Positions 9,679 through 18,217 of a stretch of DNA of 51,907 nucleotides are shown here, in pieces. Positions within the stretch are counted from its first letter, which is position 1. The number at the start of each line of letters is the position of its first letter. Source of the stretch: Candidatus Wolframiiraptor gerlachensis (GTDB lineage: Archaea > Thermoproteota > Nitrososphaeria_A > Caldarchaeales > Wolframiiraptoraceae); contig JAJPCT020000002.1 of assembly GCA_021323375.2 (NCBI GenBank), positions 1 to 51,907 on the forward strand. Reading direction: 5' to 3'. The notes beneath the pieces were generated by a model. It was not told where the DNA came from. It worked only from the letters and a program-made list of their open reading frames with translations, and searched no databases. The translations under genes were made by a program, and so were the position numbers.

Positions 9679-10458
9679 TTATATGATTCCAGCTGGTAGT
9701 ATGAATTTTAGTGAGACATATAGGAAGACTATTCCGAAGACTAGTTTTATCAGCCATGCTGGGACTTTTGGCACGAGCCTGGCGCCTATCTGCGCTCCTA
9801 TGGCTGTCCCTGCTCCAAGTGAGAGGGCGGCCACAGCATCCACCATTCCTTGAATGATCTTGAAGCCACCTGATATCGCAGCCATGCTTATGAATGATGT
9901 TAGAGATGTTCCAACAGCTATTTTCACAGGTGATCCTAGCAGGTAGATGAAGGATGGAACTAATGCGTATCCTCCCCCGAGCCCAACTACCCCCGTGAGG
10001 ACTCCGATAACAAAACCGATTAAAGTCTTGGACAAAGCTGCCCCGGGCACAACATTCCCCGTCTTCTCAACTCTTCTTCCGCGTAAGGAACCTTCATAGA
10101 TCATCCTTATTGAGACGTATAGAAATGCCAGGCCAAGTATAATCTTGAGTATTGGAAGCTCAGCTGCCAGATATTGGAATATCAGTGAGCCCACAGCGGC
10201 ACCCAACCCTCCTGAAACAGTTACAATGGCTGTTGTTTTGTAATCGACATTCCTCATCCTGATATGCGCGATTGAGCCTGATGTGGCCGTGATAATGACA
10301 GCTGTTATAGTGGTCCCTATAGCCATTGGCAAGCTATAATTGTATAGGAAGTATAGCGCTGGGAGCATTATCACGCATCCACCTGTTCCTAGAAATCCGC
10401 CCAGAATACCGGCCAATAATCCAAAAACTATTAATGAAATGATAGACAGGACATCCAT
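9679..10458 (-). CDS. TauE/SafE (TSUP) family sulfur-compound transporter
   Basis: Duplicated GxxGxGGG motifs (GFLGTGGC, GVVGLGGG), AVGTSL. Confidence 0.88.
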   Translation of the reverse strand: MDVLSIISLIVFGLLAGILGGFLGTGGCVIMLPALYFLYNYSLPMAIGTTITAVIITATSGSIAHIRMRNVDYKTTAIVTVSGGLGAAVGSLIFQYLAAELPILKIILGLAFLYVSIRMIYEGSLRGRRVEKTGNVVPGAALSKTLIGFVIGVLTGVVGLGGGYALVPSFIYLLGSPVKIAVGTSLTSFISMAAISGGFKIIQGMVDAVAALSLGAGTAIGAQIGARLVPKVPAWLIKLVFGIVFLYVSLKFILPAGII

Positions 10459-10591
10459 AAAGATACAACATTGCTTCTCTCGTATTTAGTTTTGCGCCCT
10501 CGAAAGTCTCACAAGTTTTACCCTTTCTATTCTTCTATATTAAGTAAGTTGATAACATTTACGCGGTCTCTCTGTCTCAAGCTTTTCATTC

Positions 10592-10926
10592 TTACTTCAT
10601 CAGTTTGTATTTTCTTAAAACGTCTTCAACCTTCTGTCCAGGATTGGTCACTATTACCTTTATCCCCAACTGTTCTAATACTGTTGAGGCTCCAGGACCT
10701 ATCTTACCCGTAATAACGATATCCACACCTCTATCTGCTAAACTCTTACCCACGATGGGGCCTCTACCGTGAACCATATTCTTTGCAGGATTCTCTAATA
10801 CTTCTATATTTTTGACTTCTCCATCTTCTATATCTATTATGGTGAATGTTCTCGAATGACTAACTCGGATAAGACCACATCTCCCAACTTTCCATCTCCG
10901 ATCGTCGCTACCGCGATTCTCGTCAA
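10592..10926 (-). pseudogene. NifB/NifX (dinitrogenase FeMo-cofactor) family protein, frameshifted near 10862
   Basis: TTG at 10926 reads MTRIAVATIGDGKLGDVVLSE; the rest (SHSRTFTIIDIE..GKIGPGA..LGIKV) is in another frame, one base short at GAG TT AGT. Confidence 0.75.
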
Positions 10927-10943
10927 CCTTTTCTCCGTATGAC

Positions 10944-11180
10944 TCACCTCTTTTCCTCAATAGATTTCCTCAGTTCCTCTATCCTCTTCTCGATATCGGA
11001 TAATTGCTTTCGTAGGTCTTCCCTAATATCCTCTAATATTCTTAGCTCTTCGCTTGGATCCATTTGATACCAATATGGAGGAGCGTAGATTCTAGCCCAT
11101 GGAGGCGGCCATGGATGTCTGGGACACCACCATCCTTTAGGCCAGTACCAATATCTCCACCCTAAACCTCTCCATCCCAT
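10944..11180 (-). CDS. DUF5320-like small protein (G/W/R/P-rich N-terminus, C-terminal coiled coil)
   Basis: GWRGLGWRYWYW..EELRILEDIREDLRKQLSDIEKRIEEL; usual neighbour of DUF134/NifX. Confidence 0.72.
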   Translation of the reverse strand: MGWRGLGWRYWYWPKGWWCPRHPWPPPWARIYAPPYWYQMDPSEELRILEDIREDLRKQLSDIEKRIEELRKSIEEKR

Positions 11181-11192
11181 GTTCCTCGATTA

Positions 11193-11237
11193 TGTGATAT
11201 ATCACGAAATATTAAAATTTTGTGACATATCACGAAA
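11193..11237. promoter_or_regulatory. Two palindromic operator-like sites GTGA(T/C)ATATCAC in a divergent promoter
   Basis: TGTGATATATCACGAAA 11193-11209 and TGTGACATATCACGAAA 11221-11237 flank the AT-rich TATTAAAATTT. Confidence 0.7.
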
Positions 11238-11240
11238 CAT

Positions 11241-11588
11241 GTGCACAGACGCTGGTGCAGAAGACATAGGTATGGTAGAGTGGGCCGATTCCCAAAACCA
11301 GTAGCGATATCTCTGGGGAAATTCGTTGAGAGTCTCGAGCCCTCACCCAAGCGGATTGATGAGCCGATATACTTGGATGTGGCTGAGGTTGAAGCCCTCA
11401 GATTGGTGGAGTTGGAGAAGTTGACATATGAAGAGGCGGGAGAGAGGATGAATGTCTCGAGAAATACCGTGTGGAGGCTTGTGGAGAGTGGGAGGGAGAA
11501 GCTGGTTAGAGCGATAATAGAGGGTAGGCCGATAATAATCTTGAAGGAGCAGCTTATCGAGGGCGACCCGGCAAGGGGCAGGCGCTAA
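11241..11588 (+). CDS. DUF134 HTH DNA-binding protein
   Basis: EVEALRLVELEKLTYEEAGERMNVSRNTVWR..GREKL. Confidence 0.88.
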   Translation: MHRRWCRRHRYGRVGRFPKPVAISLGKFVESLEPSPKRIDEPIYLDVAEVEALRLVELEKLTYEEAGERMNVSRNTVWRLVESGREKLVRAIIEGRPIIILKEQLIEGDPARGRR

Positions 11589-11638
11589 GACTTAATTTAT
11601 TCATTATTGGAAACGTTAAATCACCCCATGATACAATT

Positions 11639-12106
11639 ATGTTTTTGATGGTGTCGGGATTCTTGCCTGAGGAGTTTGAGCGGGAGTTGAGGCGTAGGAT
11701 TGAGCAGGTGATGAGGGAGTTTTCAAGGCTCATGTCCTCTGCCTTAAGGACTGTGGAGCCGGTGATCAGCCGCGCTCATGCGATGATGGATTACCTAGTG
11801 CCCGAGCATGAAATCTATGTTGATGGTGATGAAGTGGTCGCGGTCATTCAGATTCCAGGAGCATCAAAGGACTCGATAAATGTAAATGTTAGGGAGCGGG
11901 ATCTCGTGGTTGAGGCGGGCTTCTCCGAGGAGCTGAGAGAGAAGGCTCCAAGGGCGAGGCTGTTCAGGCTGAGGGGCTATAGATGCTTCATGGAGCTCCC
12001 GAGGGATGTTGACCCATCAGCGGCGAGGGCGATATACAGGGAGGGCATACTAATCCTGAGGATCCCGGTTCAAAAGCCTAAGGGCGTGAGAATAGAGATA
12101 GAGTGA
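11639..12106 (+). CDS. Small heat shock protein (Hsp20)
   Basis: IPGASKDSINV..LPRDVDP..AIYREGILILRIP and C-terminal IEIE. Confidence 0.9.
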   Translation: MFLMVSGFLPEEFERELRRRIEQVMREFSRLMSSALRTVEPVISRAHAMMDYLVPEHEIYVDGDEVVAVIQIPGASKDSINVNVRERDLVVEAGFSEELREKAPRARLFRLRGYRCFMELPRDVDPSAARAIYREGILILRIPVQKPKGVRIEIE

Positions 12107-13743
12107 AGATGAGTGGAACACCATACTTCAGGCTCGCGAGGGTATGTGAGTCTATAAAGGCTCTAAGCGGTAGAAAGGATAAGGTCGCTCAGATTGTGAA
12201 GCTACTTCAAGAGGTTGGGCCTGAGGAGGCTGCGCCTGCGATCCTCCTCCTGATAGGGCGGGTTGCGCCGGAGGGCGATGAGGATAAGCTCGAGATCGGG
12301 GCGGCGGCGATCTATCAGCTGCTCGAGGAGGCTGGGCAGACGACGCTCTTAGCCTCCGAGCCGCCGACAATACTTGATGTATGGAATGGATTGCGTGAGA
12401 TCTCGAGGCTCAGGGGGCCCGGTTCTAGGGAGAGGAAGCTGGCGATTCTGAGAGGCCTCTTGGCTGGGATGAGCGATCTTGAGAGGCAATGGTTTCTCAA
12501 GCAGCTGATGGGCGAGATGCAGCATGGCGCTAACGAAGGCCTCGTCCTAGAGGCTATAGCAGAACTGACTGGAGCCTCGATAGAAGAGGTTCAGAGGGCC
12601 TTCATGCTCCTAGGGAGACTTGGAGACCTCGTGGAGCTCGCGGTGAAGGGTGGAGGAGAGGCGGTCAGGTCTGTGAGGCTCCAGGTCTTCAGGCCTGTAA
12701 GACCCATGCTCGCCGAGATGTGCCATGACTTGGAACAGCTCTTGAAGAAATCTGAGAAGCCCATGAGCTTTGAGTATAAGTTTGATGGAGCCCGCGTCCA
12801 GATACATGTGAAGGATGGTGAGGTCAGGATATTCTCAAGGAGGCTTAGTGATGTCACCAGAAGCCTTCCCGACATAGTTCAAGCCGTCATGGAGTTTTCA
12901 TCAAGGTTTCGCGAGATAGTCTTGGATGGTGAGGTGGTGGCGGTTGATGAGACAGGCCGCCCAATGCCCTTCCAAGAGCTCCTGAGAAGATTTAGAAGGC
13001 TTCGGGGAGTTGAGGAGGAGGCTGAGCGGATTCCGCTTAAGCTCTGGATCTTCGACATTTTATACCTAGATGGGCGAGAGCTTCTTGATGCGCCATATCG
13101 GGAGAGGCGGGAGCTTCTCGAGAAGCTGATCCCGATAGAGTATCTTGCGCCGAGGATAGTATCATCGAGTATCGAGGAGGTTCAAGCTTTCATGAGGAGA
13201 GCGATGGATGAGGGGCATGAGGGCCTCATGGCTAAGAGCCTCGACTCCCCCTATAGGCCCGGCAGGAGGGAGAAGCTCTGGCTCAAGATCAAGCCCGCCG
13301 ACACGCTCGATCTCGTGATCGTGGCCGCTGACTGGGGGCATGGGAGGAGGATGGGCTGGCTCAGCAACTATCATCTCGCCGCCTACAACCAGGAGACCGG
13401 GGAGTTCGAGGTGGTCGGGAAAACCTTCAAGGGATTGACGGATGAGGAGTTCGAGTGGATGACCAAGAGACTTCTAGAACTCAAGATAAGTGATGACGGC
13501 TACACAGTTGCGGTGAGGCCGAGGATAGTGGTCGAGGTCGCATACAACGAGATACAGAGAAGCCCAAAATACCGGTCGGGATACGCCCTCCGGTTCGCAA
13601 GGATAACTAGGATAAGGACCGATAAGGCTCCAGAGGAGGCTGATACAATACAGAAGATCAAAGAGCTCTATGAGCGGCAGTTTGAGCGAAAGAGATTGCC
13701 GAAGGAGATGATGATCTGGAGGCTTAGGCGTGAAGGCGCTTAA
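12103..13743 (+). CDS. lig: ATP-dependent DNA ligase
   Basis: EYKFDGARVQIH (adenylated Lys), LDGEVV, EGLMAK, WLKIK, LRFARI. Confidence 0.96.
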   Translation: MKMSGTPYFRLARVCESIKALSGRKDKVAQIVKLLQEVGPEEAAPAILLLIGRVAPEGDEDKLEIGAAAIYQLLEEAGQTTLLASEPPTILDVWNGLREISRLRGPGSRERKLAILRGLLAGMSDLERQWFLKQLMGEMQHGANEGLVLEAIAELTGASIEEVQRAFMLLGRLGDLVELAVKGGGEAVRSVRLQVFRPVRPMLAEMCHDLEQLLKKSEKPMSFEYKFDGARVQIHVKDGEVRIFSRRLSDVTRSLPDIVQAVMEFSSRFREIVLDGEVVAVDETGRPMPFQELLRRFRRLRGVEEEAERIPLKLWIFDILYLDGRELLDAPYRERRELLEKLIPIEYLAPRIVSSSIEEVQAFMRRAMDEGHEGLMAKSLDSPYRPGRREKLWLKIKPADTLDLVIVAADWGHGRRMGWLSNYHLAAYNQETGEFEVVGKTFKGLTDEEFEWMTKRLLELKISDDGYTVAVRPRIVVEVAYNEIQRSPKYRSGYALRFARITRIRTDKAPEEADTIQKIKELYERQFERKRLPKEMMIWRLRREGA

Positions 13744-13858
13744 TAGATCGCTAATCAAATAATCCTCGAGCAACTATCTCTGTAATCGCCTGATAATAAT
13801 CCAGCGCTTGTCATGTGGGAAATCTTTTTGAGCGCAGGAGCTCTATGGAGCTGGGAGA

Positions 13859-14389
13859 ATGGGCAGGGCTCTTGCAGGCTATGGATTAGGGCTTGGGCTC
13901 ATGACGCTCGCCGGCCTATTCATGAGCATAAATGAACCATTAACGTATTCCTCAAGTCAGCTCGACATCTTCATAATACTCCTTAGGGCCTATACGCCCC
14001 TCCTAACTCCTATATCCTCGGTCCTTGGCCAGCCGATGATCGGGGGATACCCGCCGCTGGGCGTGATACCTCTCCTGCTCTGGCTGGCCATAGGATATGC
14101 TATGGGCCTCATGCTCATGAGCCCTGAAGCCGCTGGGAAGGCCACATTCCTGACATCCGCGACGATAATCATGCTCTGGATAGGCTCTCTATTCCTCTCA
14201 GCACCAGCATGGCAGGATCAACATGCATGGCTAGCCACAATAAGCGGGCTTGCCAGAGACCTAATATCAAGACCGATAGACGTAGCCTTCATCCTAATAG
14301 CGCCAGCACTCCTCTCAGCTCTAACCAGCCAGATACTAGAAACAATAAGGCAGAAGCCGATCAGGGAAGAGGAGTTAGAAGAAAGATAA
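13859..14389 (+). CDS. Hypothetical membrane protein
   Basis: About four hydrophobic segments and a charged C-terminus; no family recognised. Confidence 0.65.
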   Translation: MGRALAGYGLGLGLMTLAGLFMSINEPLTYSSSQLDIFIILLRAYTPLLTPISSVLGQPMIGGYPPLGVIPLLLWLAIGYAMGLMLMSPEAAGKATFLTSATIIMLWIGSLFLSAPAWQDQHAWLATISGLARDLISRPIDVAFILIAPALLSALTSQILETIRQKPIREEELEER

Positions 14390-14453
14390 AAGATATACGT
14401 TCTACTGAGACGTGTATGTAATACATGCATAAAAAATGGGGGCATCGGGGCGG

Positions 14454-14633
14454 CTAAATCTGCTCTATAGCCTCTTGGGGTGCTGGTGCAGCCGCCTTCT
14501 TAGCCCTTTTTCTGGGCGCCTTCCCAGCCTTTTTAGCAGCCTTAGCCTTCTTCTTGGCAGCCTTTTTCCTGCCGCCCCTCTTCCTGCCAGCCTTTCTACC
14601 CGAAGCCTTTTTAGCTGCCCTCTTCCGCGCCAT
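14454..14633 (-). CDS. 59-aa Lys/Arg/Ala-rich histone-H1-like basic protein (not in ORF track)
   Basis: MARKRAAKKASGRKAGRKRGGRKKAAKKKAKAAKKAGKAPRKRAKKAAAPAPQEAIEQI; GGTGA SD, TTTTATA-like box upstream, T-tract downstream. Confidence 0.8.
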   Translation of the reverse strand: MARKRAAKKASGRKAGRKRGGRKKAAKKKAKAAKKAGKAPRKRAKKAAAPAPQEAIEQI

Positions 14634-14776
14634 TTAGGTCTTCACCCGTCGGTTTTAAATAGGTCTTACCTCTATAAAAGAGTTTCGGATAATTTCAGGC
14701 ATCATTTTCGCTGGGATTTTTTCGGGGAACAATTTTATAAGAATACGCGGAGAACATTAGGGTAAGTGATAGGGGC

Positions 14777-15106
14777 ATGGCTGAGATTGATTTTTCCGAG
14801 TTTCAGAGGCTAGATATCCGGATTGGGCGGGTTATCTCGGCGGAGAGGATTGAGGGTGCGGCTAAGCTACTGAAGTTCATGGTTGATTTCGGCGAGTTCA
14901 AGAAACAGTCGGTGGCTGGTCTTGGCCATATTTACCAGCCAAGTGACTTCATCGGAAAGGAATTTGCCTTCGTTGTGAATCTTAAGCCTAAGAAGATAAG
15001 GGGGGTTGCGTCCGAGTGCATGCTGTTAGCGGCAGTCGTGAATGAGAATGATGTTGTGCCGCTGGTCCCGCAGAGGGAGGTTCCCGCCGGCTGTAAGGTT
15101 TTCTAG
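14777..15106 (+). CDS. CsaA/Trbp111-like tRNA-binding OB-fold protein
   Basis: LDIRIGRV..KLLKFMVDFG..VNLKPKKIRGVASECMLLAA. Confidence 0.88.
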   Translation: MAEIDFSEFQRLDIRIGRVISAERIEGAAKLLKFMVDFGEFKKQSVAGLGHIYQPSDFIGKEFAFVVNLKPKKIRGVASECMLLAAVVNENDVVPLVPQREVPAGCKVF

Positions 15107-15186
15107 CATCTGAGCCGCTTTTGAACATCCGGGCTCGAGCAAAGGAAAAAAGGCGCTCCTCCCGGCTTTAACCCGGATCTAGTGGC

Positions 15187-16482
15187 ATGTTGAAGAAGCT
15201 CTACGTGGAGGATGTGAAGAAGCTTCCAGAGGGTAGTGAGGCGACACTCCTAGGCTGGGTTAGGAGCAAGCGGTCTCACGGCGGCCTCCTATTCATAGAT
15301 CTAAGAGATAGCACGGGGATAATCCAAGTAACCATTAGGAAGGGCGAGGTCCCTGATGACTCCTTCGAGCATGCTGCTAGGCTTCGCCGAGAATCCGCGA
15401 TAAAGGTATCCGGAGTGGTGAGACACGATCCAAGGGCGCCTGATGGTGTTGAGTTAAGGTGTAGGTCGATCGATGTTATCGGCGAGAGCCTCGACGACTT
15501 CCCGATAAGGAAGGGGATTAAGATCAAGTTCCTCCTAGATAACAGGCATCTGCATATCAGGAGCCCGAGGGTTACGGCGATAATGAAGATTAGGGCAGAG
15601 CTCCTTAAGGCTGCTAGAAGATGGTTCGAGGAGAATGGCTTCATCGAGATAAACTGTCCCAGCTTCATAACAGCGGCAGTCGAGGGCGGAGCGACACTCT
15701 TCAAGTTAGATTATTTCGGCAGAGAGGCATATCTAACGCAGAGCTCTCAGTTCTATCAAGAGGCGGCCATCTATAGCCTCGAGAAGGTCTACAGTATCCA
15801 GCCCAGTTTCAGGGCCGAGCTCAGCAGGACTAGGAGGCACTTGACGGAGTTCTGGCACCTCGAAGCCGAGATCGCATACGCTGAGCTGGAGGATCTTCTC
15901 GAGGTGATTGAGAATCTTTTCTATGCGATGGTAAAGGGGGTGTGTGAGCAGGCTGAGAAGGAGCTTAGCTTGCTGGGCGTGAAGCTTGACCCGGATGTAG
16001 CCAAGCCTCCATACCCGAGAATAACATACGCGGAGGCTCTTGAGATCCTCAGGAGGAAGGGGTTCGACGTGAAATGGGGCGACGACTTCGGAGCGGATGA
16101 GGAGCGGGAGCTATCGAAGGAGTTTGATAAGCCGTTCTTCGTAACTCATTGGGCTAGGGAGTCTAAGGCGTTCTATCATATGCCCGACCCTGCTGATCCG
16201 AGAGTTTGCAGGAACGCTGATCTGCTAACGCCAGGTGGCTATGGAGAGGTCGTTGGCGGAGGTCAGAGGATACATGACTACAATCAGCTCATTGAGAGGA
16301 TAAGGGAGGCGGGATTAAACCCGGAGGACTATAAGTGGTATCTCGACCTGAGAAAATATGGCTCCGTCCCGCATAGCGGTTTCGGGCTTGGAATCGAGAG
16401 GATGTTATGGTGGATGCTAAGGCTACCACACATAAGAGACGCATGCCTATTCCCGAGAACTCCTGCGAGAGTATATCCATGA
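15187..16482 (+). CDS. asnS: Asparagine--tRNA ligase
   Basis: OB fold, VEGGATLF, FRAELSRTRRHLTEFWHLE, GGGQRI, PHSGFGLGIER. Confidence 0.92.
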   Translation: MLKKLYVEDVKKLPEGSEATLLGWVRSKRSHGGLLFIDLRDSTGIIQVTIRKGEVPDDSFEHAARLRRESAIKVSGVVRHDPRAPDGVELRCRSIDVIGESLDDFPIRKGIKIKFLLDNRHLHIRSPRVTAIMKIRAELLKAARRWFEENGFIEINCPSFITAAVEGGATLFKLDYFGREAYLTQSSQFYQEAAIYSLEKVYSIQPSFRAELSRTRRHLTEFWHLEAEIAYAELEDLLEVIENLFYAMVKGVCEQAEKELSLLGVKLDPDVAKPPYPRITYAEALEILRRKGFDVKWGDDFGADEERELSKEFDKPFFVTHWARESKAFYHMPDPADPRVCRNADLLTPGGYGEVVGGGQRIHDYNQLIERIREAGLNPEDYKWYLDLRKYGSVPHSGFGLGIERMLWWMLRLPHIRDACLFPRTPARVYP

Positions 16483-16556
16483 AAATATTTGCTCGAGAAA
16501 GTCTTGGAAAGAAAAGAGGAGAAAAAGGGGAGGTTACTTTGAGATAGATGGCGCCT

Positions 16557-16658
16557 CTAGAACTCCTCCTCTTCCTCCTCTTCCCACTCTTCTTCCTCGT
16601 CCCATTCTTCCTCCTCTTCTTCCTCCCATTCCTCTTCTTCGAACTCTGCCCAGATCAT
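16557..16658 (-). CDS. 33-aa poly-Glu peptide with spaced Trp (not in ORF track)
   Basis: MIWAEFEEEEWEEEEEEEWDEEEEWEEEEEEEF; mixed GAA/GAG codons; TTAAAT box about 30 nt upstream; pyrimidine tract downstream. Confidence 0.65.
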   Translation of the reverse strand: MIWAEFEEEEWEEEEEEEWDEEEEWEEEEEEEF

Positions 16659-16750
16659 GCTTCTCGGATGGAAGCCTCCCCTCTTAGATTTAAGCATTCT
16701 CTCACCATGAAGGCGAATTATCCAGAAAATTCCTCTCGGGAAAAGCTGTT

Positions 16751-17488
16751 TTAACGAGCTCTAGACCGAGATTTTTCTCGTAACCTTTGCACGATTTGTT
16801 TTAACGTGAGATCTCTCGGGATCGCAGCTTTCTCATTTCTTAGCTGGAAGAATGATCTCTCCACGTATTCAAGAGCTCCCTCGAGCTTATCCAGCGACGC
16901 GAAGATGAAGCCATCTATAATCAGCTTTGAGGGCCTGTATAGCGAGAGAGTTGCCGGGATGAGGTAGACAATCTTCGAGTTCTCTTGGCCGAATGAGTGC
17001 TCGATGAGGCTCTTGAGGAGGCACAACCTCTTCTCCTGCCCTTCCCTTATCCTCAGCTCCGCTGATGGTGTTAAGGGCCTATTCCAGCGCTTACAATCCA
17101 TGACTAGGAATATGCTGCCATTATAAGCCAACACGTCCACTTGGATTCTCCTGCCAGAGTAGGAGAGCCTCACATTCCACTCCGCCTCGTATCCTGCCTC
17201 ACCGAGAAGCAATGTGGCCAGCCTCTCGAACTCCCTCCAATCCAGATATCTTGCCAGCGAGCTGGCGTCAACACCCAGCCTCAGCGCATTCAGGATAGCT
17301 CTCACCCTCTCATTCTCGCACAAGACAGCATCCTCCTCGATCTCGAGAAAGCCCAGTATCCTCCGGGTTTCATCCATCGAGGTTAGGGCGATCTGGGAGA
17401 TCTCCCTGATGCTTATCGGCTTATTAGAGGCCGAGATCTTCAGAACAGCCTCCAAGATCCTCGAGGCGATATCGGGTCTAACCTGCAT
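16751..17488 (-). CDS. PD-(D/E)xK restriction-endonuclease-like (Mrr_cat/NERD) protein
   Basis: DWREFERL..GY..QVDVLA..VMDCKRW. Confidence 0.75.
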   Translation of the reverse strand: MQVRPDIASRILEAVLKISASNKPISIREISQIALTSMDETRRILGFLEIEEDAVLCENERVRAILNALRLGVDASSLARYLDWREFERLATLLLGEAGYEAEWNVRLSYSGRRIQVDVLAYNGSIFLVMDCKRWNRPLTPSAELRIREGQEKRLCLLKSLIEHSFGQENSKIVYLIPATLSLYRPSKLIIDGFIFASLDKLEGALEYVERSFFQLRNEKAAIPRDLTLKQIVQRLREKSRSRAR

Positions 17489-17494
17489 CCTCGT

Positions 17495-18217
17495 CTAGCT
17501 CGATATTCCGAAATATAGGGTTGAGAACCTCGGGTGGTTTAGGAATTCATGGCACCCGCCCTCGAAGATAAGCCTGCCACCCACGAGCAGGTATGCCTTA
17601 TCCCCTATCTCAAGAGCCTTCCTAGCATTCTGCTCCACGAGGATTATCGTCATGTTCAGCGTATCTCGTAGCTCCACGATCTTCGAGAGAACTTCATTTG
17701 CGATCTTCGGCGCCAGGCCCCCGGTCGGCTCATCGAATAACATTACCTTCGGCTTTCTGAGGAGGGCCATGGCCATCGCGATCATCTGTCTCTCACCGCC
17801 GCTCAAGAGCCTCGCCCTCCTCTTCCAATACTTCCTTATTACAGGGAAGAGCTCCGCAACCTCCTCAATCCTCTCCTTGAGCTCGCTTTTATCCAGTACA
17901 TATCCAGCCATCTTCAGGTTCTCCTCGATAGTCAGATTCTCGAATATGTTCTCAGTCTGGGGAAGATAGGCCACGCCGATCCTCGCGATCTCGTGAGGAG
18001 CCTTGCCGACGAGCTCCACGCCATCCAAGGTTATCGAGCCTGAGTATATCGTGGTGAGCCCGAATATCGACTTAAGTAGCGTGCTCTTTCCGCTTCCATT
18101 AGGGCCGACAATCACGTTAATTCTCTCCCGATCAAAGCTCGCGCTCACATCAAAGAGAATCTGAAGCTTCCTGTAGCCGGCGTTCAGGTTCCTGACATGG
18201 ATCATGTTTCTTATCAC
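17495..18217 (-). CDS. livF: Branched-chain amino acid ABC transporter ATPase (LivF-like)
   Basis: GPNGSGKS, LSGGERQM, DEPTGGLAP, VEQNA. Confidence 0.92.
   Translation of the reverse strand: MIRNMIHVRNLNAGYRKLQILFDVSASFDRERINVIVGPNGSGKSTLLKSIFGLTTIYSGSITLDGVELVGKAPHEIARIGVAYLPQTENIFENLTIEENLKMAGYVLDKSELKERIEEVAELFPVIRKYWKRRARLLSGGERQMIAMAMALLRKPKVMLFDEPTGGLAPKIANEVLSKIVELRDTLNMTIILVEQNARKALEIGDKAYLLVGGRLIFEGGCHEFLNHPRFSTLYFGISS

Noticed and set aside
14436-14765. 109-aa + strand Leu/Ser/Phe-rich ORF
   Set aside because: Antisense shadow of the Lys/Ala-rich minus-strand gene
16548-16754. 68-aa + strand Phe/Leu-rich ORF that looks like a membrane peptide
   Set aside because: Antisense shadow of the poly-Glu ORF; the alternative basic minus-strand frame has a TGA just upstream and no start codon
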